A DNA stretch of 63,604 nucleotides, filler included, from Sluysia triapertura (taxonomy: Eukaryota): NCBI GenBank assembly GCA_046118255.1. It is 5 parts of 5 records of this genome, joined end to end, with 100 filler letters (N's around TTAATTAATTAA, not from the genome) between each part and the next. Parts side by side here need not be neighbours in the genome. Positions count along the whole stretch, not along the records: positions 22,936 to 36,829 come from JBJNIA010015532.1; positions 36,930 to 50,067 come from JBJNIA010057324.1; 3 more parts are not named here. The stretch is one strand, 5' to 3'. This document shows, piece after piece, positions 27,501-40,705 of this stretch (position 1 is the stretch's first letter; the number at the start of each line of letters is the position of its first letter). The position numbers and the translations under genes were made by a program. The notes under the pieces were generated by a model, which did no database searches, was not told the origin of the DNA, and saw only the letters and a list, made by a program, of their open reading frames with translations.

Positions 27501-28148
27501 CTTCTTTTTACATCTTTAAGAAGACTTTTACTTATATTTGAAAGAAGAATTTATTTAAGAAATTTTTATTCAAAATAAATTTAAGAAAATTTTATTAAGA
27601 AAGCAAAGATTTGTGTTTATTTTGTTTTATTTATTATTATTATTACTAGTATTATTATTATTATTTTTATTATTATCATCATTAACAAAATCTATATTTT
27701 ATTATTTAATCGAATGTAGTAATACCATAAGTCATGGTAACTGCCTATACAGTCAAAATACATTTGCCTGTCACCATTTTTAATTATTACTTAATCAGTT
27801 TTGCAAAGATAATGTGACAGGTATTCATTATAACCACATACATGTACTATACTTCTACTTTTTGTGTTGCCTCACTTGATTGGACGCCTAATAATGGCTA
27901 GTTTTCTCTTCAATATTTATTTTTGTAATTGGTGTCCTGTATTTCACTTTAAATACTTTAATCCAATTATCTTCAAGTACAAAAGAAATGCATGTTTTGT
28001 ATAAAGTAGAGTACAAATAATTTTAAAGCATCAATAAAGAAAAACAATTAAAAATTTTAGTTATCAAGTTTTTGATATACAATAATCGTATTTTTTTTAA
28101 AAAGACAATTATTATTTCCGTGTTTAAAAAAGACAAATATTATTTCAG

Positions 28149-31100
28149 CGTACAAAAAGACAATTCGCTTTTATCAAGCTTGGCAATCACACCTGACATA
28201 CAGAACTTATTCATTAGTGCTGCTGATATTAACAATCATAGTTATATTAATATATCATTTGATCCAGTGCTTAAAAAAACTCAAAAGTAACTTTACAATT
28301 TGTTTTAATTTATTTTGATATAAATCAATTTTTACGTGTGTTTTTTTAGAACTGCAACTGAAAGCATGTCCAGGCATATTCGAAAAGTATTTAAACAATA
28401 TAGAAAGAAATTTAAATTTTATCTAACTGTAGTAAAAATAGATATTTCTAGTAGTTATTTTTATTTGTTCTTATGTTTAAAGAAATTCGAATTAAGTTTT
28501 GTAATAAAATTTTTGATAAAACATAATTTTAATGGTAATTATTACCTTTTAATAACATTTCTTTATGTAAGTAAATCAATTTCATTAATAAAAACCACTA
28601 ATATACTATTTATCATAATTAATAACATTTTAAACAATAAAACATTTTAAATATAAAATGTTTGAATATATAAATGCTCTATAGAATGAAATTGTTTGAT
28701 ACAAGGAAGTTATTGAATAGTTTAAAATTGAAATGTTTTAATAAATAATACTGGGATTAAATCATTGTAAAATTTGTAAGATTCTGAATGTATAAAGACT
28801 ATTAAATGATTTAAGAATGTGATTTGGATTGGAGATTTTGTTATAAGTTTTTTAAGGTGATATATCTGTAGTAAAATTAGTCGTTATGAATTTTTCTATA
28901 GATACATTCTATTTCTTATAATAAGTTGTTGCGTAAGAGTTATTTAGAAAAGTTCTGTCAAAAATTGCAGTTTTTATTGTTTTCCAGTTTGATTACATCA
29001 TACTAAATTTTGACATATGTATGTATTATCAGTATTCTACTTTTTACAATTTTATTCTCCATAAGTGTGAAATTATTAATTTTGTTAAATAAACATTACA
29101 GTAATCATTATAAAAGTACATTTACATAAATTACTTAATTGGTTTAATCGTTAATTTCAGTATTAAAAACGTGTGATTCAAAAATATCGTTTATAAAGAT
29201 GTAAAAAGGCTTAAACAAGTCAAATGTTCACTGCAAACATGTTAGATAAACATAATTTATTTTGATATAAGAATAAAAATGATTAATAAAAAATATTATT
29301 ACTTACGAATATTATTTGTAATTATCAAATAAAGTATAATAATTATAATAATCAAAAAAAAACAATATAAAAAGTAATAATACAATGAATATAAAATAAA
29401 TAATGTGTTTACAATATTTTTGTGTATTATTAAGAAAATATTTTCATATAATTTAAAAAGATTGATTTCTAACTAAAAAATAAAATGATTTTGTGATATT
29501 TAGATGTAAGTTATACATTAAGAATGTATTAAAACTATCAAATACACATTTTTCTGTAACCTAAGTTTTTAGTATCAAACGATATTAAATTTTAGTGCTT
29601 AAATGAGCAGATAGATATAATAGATACGTTTCCAGAACCATTTTAAAGTATTATTGCATTTCTGGAAGTTGATAACGTATTAATGCACTAACATATTAAT
29701 TAAATATATTTAGAATATTCAATATAAAAGCTTAAATGGATAAAATATCGGAAAATTCTCAAACTATTCTGACTGTGAATATACAATAATCAAAGCTCAG
29801 CTAATAATACCAATTTAATTGCAAAGCAAAACTTAATAACATTTTTTACAATCACTTTCACATTATATACACTTGCAATTATTAACAAATTATCTCACTT
29901 GAATATGAACAAACTAGCCCCGATCAGTTTGTAAACAAATTAAATGATCAAATTATTATTATTACTGTCAAATCATCATCGTTTGTTATTATTGTCCTAA
30001 TTATTATTATCTTAATTATTTTCTTTTCTTATTTTTTATTGTTATCATTCTTTTATGGTCAATGATATTGTTATGTCAATTAGAATGACTCATTCACTTT
30101 GACTAATTGTAAATAACTAATTCATTTAATATTGATTTTATTTAATAATGATTATATTTTGACTGTTGAAATGAAGTAACTAATTGTATATGTAAATGAT
30201 TAATTGTACATTTATTATTATTTCTGGAATTGATCACATTTTTAATTATCTTATTGGAATATTAAGTATGTTATTAAATTTTTAACTCTTAATATTAATT
30301 ACTTTTAATTATTTTAATAACTTTTAATATTAATTATTATTTTAATCAAACGTGATTATTTTCGAAATATTTTGTTTTAATCTGATCTTTCAAGGTCAGA
30401 TTAAAACTACTATAAAACAAGCTTAATTTTCATAACTTTCACAAAATTTTTAAAGAAAAATTAGCTCAGGGATTTATATCTACACAATAACTGCTGAAAT
30501 GGGTTTATGGGAAAAATATTGGATTAGATTTCTAGAAACAACTAGTTAAATTTATCAAGCAATTTTTAGTACTTTAAAGTAATATTTTAATGTCGTTTTA
30601 AATGACGTGCAAAACTAATTAAACAACGTATTTTGATTATTTATAATTATGTTAATACGATTACAAAGAGCAAGCAATTTTAAACGGTTGGGGTGGTTTG
30701 TTTGTAAATAATCACACTATTATTGAATAGAAAATTTCATTTAACGGATGTGTGCCACAAAACATATTAAGAGTGTTACTATTTTATATATACGATGATG
30801 AAATATATAAGCTGAAATTATTAATTTATAAATTTTAAATATTCTAATACATTTTGGATATAAGTTTTAGTGACTTTTAAGTAAAATTATCAAATGATTT
30901 TAAATAAGATTTTAAAACTACAGTAAATACGGTGAACTTATAGAAATAATACTAACTTTAATTTGTGCAAGAAATCTTTTGTAGAATCTGCATAGCTGCT
31001 TGAAAAATAATACCAAATTACTTCAATAATCAATGAATTTATATACCTCATAATACAATTATCTGAACTTCTATTTCAACTTTAAAGCTAAATGTTGTAA

Positions 31101-32727
31101 TTATTCAAATAACATTGAAACAGATTTCAAATTTTTTCTTTTTAATACAAACTTTCTTAAAACTAATTTTTTAATTCTGTTACTAATTTATGCTCTCATT
31201 TTATTTGTGTTCGTCTTTTAATACTAATTTTTGTAATACACTCGAACGCTTTTAACTGTTAAGAACAAAACTACAATTCTCAATATTGAAATTATTAATG
31301 CGTGCCAGCGTTTTTATATATCTTAAAACTATTATTATTATTATTGTATATTAATAATATTATTGTAGAAGAATTAAATCTTTTTTATTTAATACTACTA
31401 TTATTTGTTTAATATTATTATTTTCCGCTTTACCATCAACGTTAGTATTATATGTCCTGACATATATTTCTGTTATTTTCATTCTAATTATTATTTTTTC
31501 CACTATTATTGACATTGTCACTATTGAAATTAAGATTAATTCTATCTGTATAAAACAAAGTAGTCACGTGCAGTTACTTTATCATGCTTATTAATTGGAT
31601 CAAAGTACGATTTAATAGTACCATATTCATTATATATAATTTTGCACAACTTTTACATTTTTATTTTACATTTTTTATACGTATCAATTGCTGTTTTATT
31701 AATATATTATGGTATTATTCATTCATTTAAATTATTTTTTGTCTTTATAGAAATAATTTTATAAATTTGTTCTATTACAATCATTTTCTTTCCCGTCTAA
31801 ACGTATGTCCTTATATATTCATTGAATTTTATTTTTTCTTTTCCATTTACTCAATAGACTTATTTAATCTCATTATAATTGGTTATTGTATTCGCTACTT
31901 CGCATGTGGGAAAATTAATAATTGATTAATAATAATTATTAATAAATAATCATTAATATTGATTTTTTTATATATCATACAAACACTTGAAGATTGTGAT
32001 TAACATATTCCAAATCTGACATGAAATTAATTTCTTTTTTTACAAAATTTTGATAAATCTGTTGATGAATAAAAGAATATTAAATCTAAAACTCTTGCAA
32101 TGGAAAAATTTATTCCAAGATCTATTTTAATTTCTAATACTAGTCTAGTTCAAACAATACTACAATTTGTCTATGTATCTGTTATTAAAACATTAGTGAA
32201 TTTGTTGCAATATTTTTTATTGTTGGTATGGCACAATGAACCATGGATTCATCTAAATTATTATTTACTTATTTTATTGAGTAATTTATTTTTATTATAT
32301 TTATAAAATTATAATAACTCAATTCCAGTAACACACTTTTTGGATACGGTAACATTCTTAAATAAAGTTTATACAATGTTTACAACGTTTATTGATTTAA
32401 TCCAAGAAATATATCAAGCAAATTTAATTTATTGAATAACGATTTCAACTTGTCACAGAATGATTAAAATTGACATTAATTTTCATTTTAATAACTTTTG
32501 CTTTAATCTTAACTTTCTGAATAATTATTCTGTTTATAATTTAGAAAGCCAGCCCGTTTGTTTTCATACTAACAGAGCTGTCAAACAAATTCAAGTAAAC
32601 TAACGTTTATGACAGATCAAATGATTATATAAAGGCTTTGATATTATAATTGAAAACCAATTATACAAAACTTTATGTAGACATTTATGACAATGTAGAG
32701 TTGTGATGATTGTTATATTATGATGCA

Positions 32728-32791
<64 letters not shown>

Positions 32792-33066
32792 TCATTTTGT
32801 ATAATTTCTACATATAATTCAAACATTTTGATATTTTTACGAATCAAATAAAATTTCACTAACAATACCTAATTAATTTTATTAACAATATATAATTATT
32901 AAGGGTCTACGACCTAAAAAAAGGAACACAAGCATATCATTCTTAGTCAGACAAGTATGTTATTTTCTTTTTGAATATAACTCTAATTTTCATGCACTGT
33001 TTCTAATGTTATTTTCCTATTCAGAACTTAAACATCAGACTTTTACAACTTCATAAAGCAGAATAA
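28149..33066 (+). CDS. Putative 3' exons of the ANKDD1-like gene (28149-28286, 28350-28386, 32904-32954, 33025-33066)
   Basis: The exons have AG/GT borders and mutually compatible phases, giving VQKDNSLLSS...INISFDPVLKKTQK-TATESMSRHIRK-GLRPKKRNTSISFLVRQ-NLNIRLLQLHKAE*. Similarity to the ANKDD1 pre-death-domain linker (LSFKQDH...TQQLR) is weak. A phase 0-to-2 bridging exon between 10018 and 28149 was not found; two gaps intervene. Confidence 0.35.
32731..32790. repeat. (ATT)n microsatellite
   Basis: Perfect trinucleotide run. Confidence 0.95.
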
Positions 33067-36000
33067 ATCTTTAGGTAACACATTCTCTTTTTAACTTTTT
33101 ATTGAACAAAAAGTTGATTCAACGAAATAATAGCTTTGTTATTTTTCGTATACATTATTTTTCACAAAAAAAACGAAGTTTAATAGGTAGCAAAGAACTT
33201 TTTTGACAAAGTTAATTTTAAGGATTTTTGTTCAATATAAATTTACTTATATAAGGTACAATATTCGTATTCTTATTTTATATTTAAATTTTTGAAGAAA
33301 TTTTGTTCAAAAACTGTAAAAATGTTAAAAAGAAGCTGTCATTGTTTTTGTTATTTCAAAAGAATAATTAAAACAAAATTAAATTAAAAAAAGTTAACAA
33401 ATTATTGGTTTGAAAAATTAATTGCTTTTTAATAATGCTAATAAAAATTGTGACTCACTTTTCATAATTAATTTAAGTGACTTTGCAAAACTTTCAACAA
33501 TAGAACTTTTATGAAACATATATAAAATGAGGTTTCATTTTGAAACTATTACATAAATGTTTTATTTAAATTTCAAAATAGAGACAATATTAAAATTTGC
33601 AATATTAAAATTTTTATTATTATTATTATTATTAATATTATTGCTTGCCCATTGAATAGACAGAAGCATTTGTGTAGATGTTACAAAATTGATTCTCACA
33701 TGTTCGATTTCTTAAGTTTAACAATATTACTAATAATGTATTATCATACTATTTATAATAATTATATTATTTTATTTTATTTTATTTATAATAAATAAAA
33801 GAAATTTAATATTCCGATATTAAAAAGTAAAATAAATTAAATTAATTTTTCCATTATTTTAATTAAATAATAATAGTAGAATAATTAATTACTTATATAA
33901 AATATTATTTTCGATTAAATTTTGTAGAAAAAATATCTCTAAGCAAACATTGTTAATGTAATTTTTGATTAGAAAGGCTTAGATTATTTTATTTAATTTT
34001 AATAAATAGATAATAGTAGAAAGAAATATAACAATAAAGTTTACTTTTAAATGATTGGATAAGTAATTTTTATTAAGTAAAAATGTATCTGGAAAGAAAA
34101 GTAATGTTTTCGATTATAATGTAAATATTTGTGAGAATGTAAAGTGCAGAGATGTTGTGATTATGAAGGTATCCTTTTCAGACATCATCTGATAAGTTAT
34201 TTTGGATTCAAATGAAGAAATGTTTTAGTTTCTATCGACCTAAATACGCATTGCTTATGTAATTAATATAATTATTATAATTATAAATAATTATAAACAT
34301 TTGTAGCAGTCTAAGCAAATTTTTAAAATTTATAATATTTGTACATTGTAATTTGTTATTGTTAATCCTAAATTCCTAATTATATATATTAAAAATAGCT
34401 ATTAAGATTCAATAACATAAAAATATAATTTCAAATAAATGTAATTATTGTAATAACAAAGTTTTGTGGATGTTCTTCGTACCATACGTTTCTTTTTTTG
34501 ACATTAATATCTTATAAAATTATTTATTTTTCTTTATTGTTAACGCCTATTATAAAATTATTTTTATTGCTATTTTTATTATTAAAATCATTATTATTAC
34601 TTATTGATACACCTACTGGGATAAACTTAACAATAGTAAATAAGTTAGATTTACTCTTAGAAACGTCTACAATGATGCCAAATTATGTTAATTTTTTGTA
34701 AAATAATCTATTTTATTCAATGTTTACTTTGAGAGTCACAATGTTTCTTTTAAAATTTATATATTTTTGAAATTTTATTGAAACCTTCAATGGCTTGGGG
34801 GAGCTAGGATTTAACATGAAATATATATATAATGTCTAATACGGATATTAACACGTAAATACCTAAAAATAAATATTCGATATAAGAAAATAAATTTACA
34901 TTTGAAATTTAAATATAAAAGTGTATGTTTTTATTAATTATGAAGAACATTTAAACAGTATTTTATTAAATTTCAACGATTCACATTTTAAATATGTATA
35001 GAATTTTAATAATAGGACTACAATAATTTTATAATAACGTAAAATTCTTAAAATTATATAAGTTTGGTAATAATTCTTTAGAGTCCTTTCTGGTATCAAT
35101 AAATTTACATATACTTGTAATCAATGTAAGTTTCTTCATGAACTCTTGTTAATACTATACTAAACCTTTGTCATTATGTTCGCTTTAATCTACTTTATCT
35201 ATGTCAAATTCAAAATTATTTAATGTAAAAATCACAAATTGTTATTACTCTTTTAATATTTAAGAATGGCTTCTTAAATTTTTTGCTGGTACAAACTTTT
35301 GGTTTACAATGGTAATTCAACTGTCTTTACTTATATTATTACTCTGATTCAATAACAACTTAAATTTTTCTAATAAATATAACATCATATGTCATAAGAC
35401 TTTACTAATAAAATCCTTTACAGTTTTACTTTATAGACTATATTTATGCCTTAGATTTATTTTATCTAAAAGTGTGAAATCTGATACTCGTTTAGATGAG
35501 CTGAAATGGAAACTCGAAATATAAGTCTTTATTATATTTCAAAAGTGAACTTTCTTTTACTTAATAAAATATGTGAATTTAACTGTATTCATCATCAATG
35601 AAATGTTATCTTCAAAGTAATTTATTTTTCCCTTGGTGGCTATTTTTTTCAAAAATCAACTATGGGTTAGGAAAACACAAATCGAATTTACAAATCGAAA
35701 TTTTATACACTCTTCCACAGATAATAAATTTATAAATTAATTCAAATGTCTGTATTAAGTTTATTGATAAAATGCCTAGGACGAATAAAAAAATTATTAC
35801 TTTAGATACTTTTACAAAAATTTATTAATAAAATATTTATAGATTTTATAGCAAATAATAAAATTAATTCAAGTATTGATAAAATTATTAGTGTTAACTT
35901 TATATTTTTATTTTTTGGGCGAAAGAAAATTAGTAATTATTACTTACTGGTTTAACAATTAGGTGGATATTTAGATAAAGTCTAATCAATATTTTGTTTA

Positions 36001-36667
36001 TCTGTCCAGCGGAGAAAATTGAAGTAGACCAAAATCTTCAAGTAATCACACCTTAGATTCATAGAAATTTTTTAAATTTAAATCGTTCCTCGTAATAAAT
36101 AACAAAATTCTAGCAAAAGTACACTGAATCGAATGTTCCTTATATATAATTTTTAATTTCAATTTTGTTGTCTGTTGTAGAATACTTATAACTATTTATA
36201 CTGTTATTTATTATTAGTGATAATTTTTATTATTTATAGTTTTAGCAATAATCAGTATAATAATTAATAATAATAATTTCACAAAAATTCGAAACTACTA
36301 TTTCCAATAATAGTAATTAGCTAATAGTGTATATGGTAGAATAATTTTGATAATAATAATTTTTAAATGCAGCAAATTAATAGTGTAATAATAATTTTGT
36401 AATGTAGTAACAAATAATAAAATAATAATATAGATAGTAATCTCATAATAATTTTTCAACAACTAAATGTATGATAATAATAAAATTCATAATAATAATT
36501 ACATTCCAACATTACGCAATAATTACTACTTTCGTCCAAATGTGTTACTGAATTTTGATTATGTATAATTTATATTTATTCTAATTTTAAGTTGATTTTT
36601 GTCGATTATGATGCTTTTGACATAACATTATTTCTATATTCTGCCAAATATTCAATTTAAATTAATT

Positions 36668-36800
36668 TTGATCGAGAATAATGTTACTAATTTTTAATTG
36701 CATACAAGTTTTATTCAATATCAGTTTAATATGATTTTGACTTTCGTATTAATAGTTTTACTTGGATTTTATGTTCTTAAAGTTTGATTTTACATTCTAA
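36668..36800. repeat. Dispersed T-rich repeat; second copy at ~48022-48130
   Basis: Shared blocks GAGAATAATG..CTAATTTTTAATTGC, AGTTTTATTCAAT, TTTAATATGATTTT and TTCTTAAAGTTTGATTT.ACATT. Confidence 0.7.
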
Positions 36801-36829
36801 TTGTAAATATAATACATACAAATTTATAA

Positions 36830-36929
36830 NNNNNNNNNNNNNNNNNNNNNNNNNNNNNNNNNNNNNNNNNNNNTTAATTAATTAANNNNNNNNNNNNNNN
36901 NNNNNNNNNNNNNNNNNNNNNNNNNNNNN
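36830..36929. other. Assembly gap with TTAATTAATTAA linker
   Basis: N run with linker. Confidence 0.97.
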
Positions 36930-37705
36930 AATAAGTTTAGCTGTTTCTTTATTAATAAATTTTCGAATATGTGATAATATTTTATTTAATTGATATTTAC
37001 ACTTTTCAACTACACAATGGATAAACACATCGTCTTAATAATATAATTATTATTTCATTAATTTGATAGAAACTTAACAATAATTTATTATTTAAATATT
37101 CATTATAATTATCAATAATATAAAAAATACTAAGTTTATATTATTATTATTTTATATTTGACAATTACACTCTCATATTTCAAATGAATTATCGTCAACG
37201 CGATCTACTTGAATCTTCGAAACTAAAGTTTGCTCATAAATATTAAATAATGAATAATGTATCATCATTTTTCTACTTTTGTTGCATTCCGTGAATACAG
37301 CCACTAATAAGTGTAGTATTGTGAGAAACGTGGAATTCGTAATTGAAAAGAGCTCTTTGTTTAACAAATAAGAGTTTATTAAGAGTGACATTACAACATT
37401 CAAATTGTGTTTTGTTTTAATTAAGTATAATTTTTTTAAAAACGGAATATATGTATATATATAATCTTTTATTTAAAAGTTTTAGAACATTTGGAGCGAT
37501 ATTATACATATTTAAAGATTTTAAATTTAAATTTCGAAGATCTTCAAATCCGGAATAAAGTGTCCAGAATGTTTCTTTAGGGGCATTTTCAATAATAATA
37601 ATTATTATTATTATAAAAATTATTATGATAATAACATAGTAATAACAATAAATGCATCAATAATTATTTAAAATAATCTAAAAAATATTTCAAATTAAAG
37701 GTAAA

Positions 37706-37741
<36 letters not shown>

Positions 37742-37802
37742 TCGTCTTCAAGTACATATAATAATGTAATGTCAAGACTGACAACAAGAGACGTTTTGAA
37801 AC

Positions 37803-37989
37803 NNNNNNNNNNNNNNNNNNNNNNNNNNNNNNNNNNNNNNNNNNNNNNNNNNNNNNNNNNNNNNNNNNNNNNNNNNNNNNNNNNNNNNNNNNNNNNNNNN
37901 NNNNNNNNNNNNNNNNNNNNNNNNNNNNNNNNNNNNNNNNNNNNNNNNNNNNNNNNNNNNNNNNNNNNNNNNNNNNNNNNNNNNNNNNN
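37803..37989. other. Assembly gap
   Basis: N run. Confidence 0.97.
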
Positions 37990-38838
37990 TAATGATAATA
38001 ATGTTAATAATAATGATAATATTTTAAAAATTGTTTGACATAATTAATTTTTCAATTATATATGATACTCTCCTTTGAATTTTAATATTTTTAAATATTA
38101 TTTAATATATAATTATTTTTTAATTATTTTAATGCATAACAATTCGATTCGTCAAACATTGCTTCATTAGACGACAAATTAAATTAACTTATAATTAAAT
38201 AAATATTAAATTTTTTATTTTATCTGTATACATATTTTTATTTATTTTAGAAATATATGACAAAATCATATTTACTTAGCATTTTATTTACTTAGTATTT
38301 GTTACTTGTACCTAGAATATTATGAGCACAGTAGCACATTGAGGTTTTATGTAATAAGCTAAATGTTTACAGTTTTCTATAAACATAGTTGGACATAGTA
38401 GTTTGATATAAGACAGCTAAGTAAACAAAATTTTGTTTATTGAAAATTGTTTATTATTTTTAATTCGTAGTTATTTATTTTCATGATAACAAAATAAATG
38501 TATTAAAAGATAAATGTAATTATAAAAATAAGAGTTGTTTTATTTAAAATATTGTGTTATCGAACCTATTCGAGCTGCACTGTTCAACGGCATTGGTTGG
38601 TCTGGATCTGAAATTGAATTGATAATAATGGTAGATAAAGTGGTTGATGACAATAACAATAATAATACTAATAATCATAATAATGAAATATTGGCATTTA
38701 TATATTTTTAGATATTTTAGCATATTAAAAGACTATGAAAACATTGAAACATGATTTAAGATGTAAAATCAGTTGGCATACAGGTCTAAAATACCATTTA
38801 GAATAATGATAGTATAATTAACTATAATAAAAATAAAT

Positions 38839-38872
38839 TGTTAGACGGGGCTGATAACTCAGTGGATAGAGT
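38839..38872 (+). mobile_element. 5' part of the tRNA-bearing TG...CA mini-element (terminus, acceptor strand, D-arm/A-box), interrupted by a retrotransposon
   Basis: TGTTAGAC G GGGCTGA TA ACTC AGTGGATA GAGT gives a tRNA 5' acceptor strand, U8A9 and a paired D stem ACTC/GAGT. Confidence 0.75.
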
Positions 38873-40238
38873 TATGCTCTATCTTGGCTGAATGACTTCT
38901 GACATGGTGGACCAAAATTCGACAATCTATTCTCAATTTATGCCGAAAATATCGAATTTCTGCCTAATTCTTTTACTGTGAGGACCAAATAAAATTAAAT
39001 ATGAAATGCGACATCCTTGGTGAAAACGAAGTCATATTAAATCGGTTTTATAAAAAGAAAGTAGATAAATATCTTCATGAACTTATTAACATTCGGAAAT
39101 CCAAGGTCGCTTTGTCGAATTCTTCATGAGATGTCATATATCTGGTCGTCCGTTTTCTTTACAATTAAACACCAGAGTTGGATTTTTATGGTTAAGGATA
39201 GGAATAGTATACTTAAGCTTAATTTCTTTCCACAAAACGTTTGACTGCATCTTCGCTGGTGTGGCTTTGACGGAAAATAAGCCCACGTATTATGTCTTCG
39301 TCCTCGAACTATCATTGACCGTATCGTCAGACATAATAAAATTCTCGAATGGTTACATAGTAAACTTAAACAAATGGGCTTCTCAGTCAAAATGGATACG
39401 AAAATCCCCTTACTGGTGACTATTGAAGACCTGATATGTTTTCTCATTGACGTCAAGATGCCGATTGATGATTATGAGAAATTTAAGGCGGCCCGAACTT
39501 TCAATATTACGAAATATTCTGACCTGAGAGATAAGCTCCAAATACAACTTAAATTTCAGGTTTCCCTTGACACGTTTGTTGTTGGAGCACTTGGTTCTTG
39601 GGATCCTGAAAATGATATTATTCTGAAAAAACTAGGCTTCTTTAGGGCCGATATTACTAGTTTAGCACGCGAATGTATCAAACTCTCCATTGAATCCTTC
39701 TTTAATATGTAAAAGGACCATTCCCTCCAATATCGCACATAAATACTTTTGTTGTGATGTTACTTAATCTTGGTATTTTAATGCGTTTGTTTATCCTATA
39801 TCTTTGGGGCTATATCTTTAATCATTTGGTTTTTGGGAATAATCAATCTATTATACAACAACTGATATTCTCTTTCACATTTTCATTTCCTTCTTCTTTT
39901 CATTTTATATTCAATGTTTTTATTTATTTCTTATATTCTTTTATTTTTATTTTTCCTTATTTATTTCACCCACTTAATTGTGATTTATCATTAATGTGAT
40001 TGTGATTTAATATATTTTTGTTCTTTCTGATTTATCACTGGTATACTTGTGGCCCTATATTTCAACAATTATTAACATGCACGAACAACAATTTCTTAAA
40101 TGGACGATCAGTATAAGCTACATTAACTACTTTTTATATAAATATGATCCCTCTATTTATATTTATTATTTGATTATGTATTCTATTAATGAATGTACTT
40201 ATTTTTGTTATAAAATAAAAGTTTTCAATTCAATTCAT
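38873..40238 (+). mobile_element. 5'-truncated, decayed non-LTR retrotransposon with restriction-like endonuclease (NeSL/Utopia/R5 group)
   Basis: Motifs appear in order across frameshifts: TWWTKIRQS, QGRFVE, SWIFMVKDRNSILKLN (cf. DWRFIHRARLNxLPLN), LRWCGFDGK*AHVLCLRP (CCHC knuckle), RHNKI, DLICFLIDVKMP...AR...KYSDL (PD-D/ExK nuclease) and FVVGALGSWDPEND. A T-rich 3' UTR, AATAAA (40214-40219) and a (TTCAA)n tail follow. No RT core is present. Confidence 0.85.
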
Positions 40239-40262
40239 GGAACTGCGCAGCGAAATCTAACA
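40239..40262 (+). mobile_element. 3' remnant of the tRNA-bearing mini-element
   Basis: GGAACTGCGCAG-CGAAATCTAACA matches GGACTGCGCAG...CGAAGTCTAACA of the copy at 49996-50067 (minus strand), with the intervening T-arm deleted. Confidence 0.7.
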
Positions 40263-40705
40263 TAAAATCTAACAAATTAAAAACGCAATAACCAATAATA
40301 TTTAATAGAAAACTAACAAAACACATCAACTACCCAAAAATATTTTCACTTTTTTCAGACATTTTAAAAATATTTTTTGCAAGTACAAAAACTGTCTTGA
40401 AACGCGCAAAAGTAGAGTTATTTATAATCTTCAAATATTTTAAAATCACTTACTCTAATTTTTAGTTGCATTATGAGCGGTGTGCACCTTATAAAACTTA
40501 AATAGAAAAAACATCTAATAATGTCTTTTTTAAATCACTTACTTTATATAAATTCTTTGTTTAAATTAATACGAAAGTAATGCGTGTAGATAGATCATTT
40601 ATTTATTCACACAGAATTAAATATTGCATTTATTTTATTATAATAAAAGTTTTAAATTTTTTTTACATTGTTCCTATTTTTAATAATATTTAAAATTTAA
40701 AAGTT

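Noticed and set aside
30466-30550. SGIYIY...LWEKYWIRFLET resembling a GIY-YIG (Penelope) C-terminus
   Set aside because: Too short and without supporting flanking motifs.
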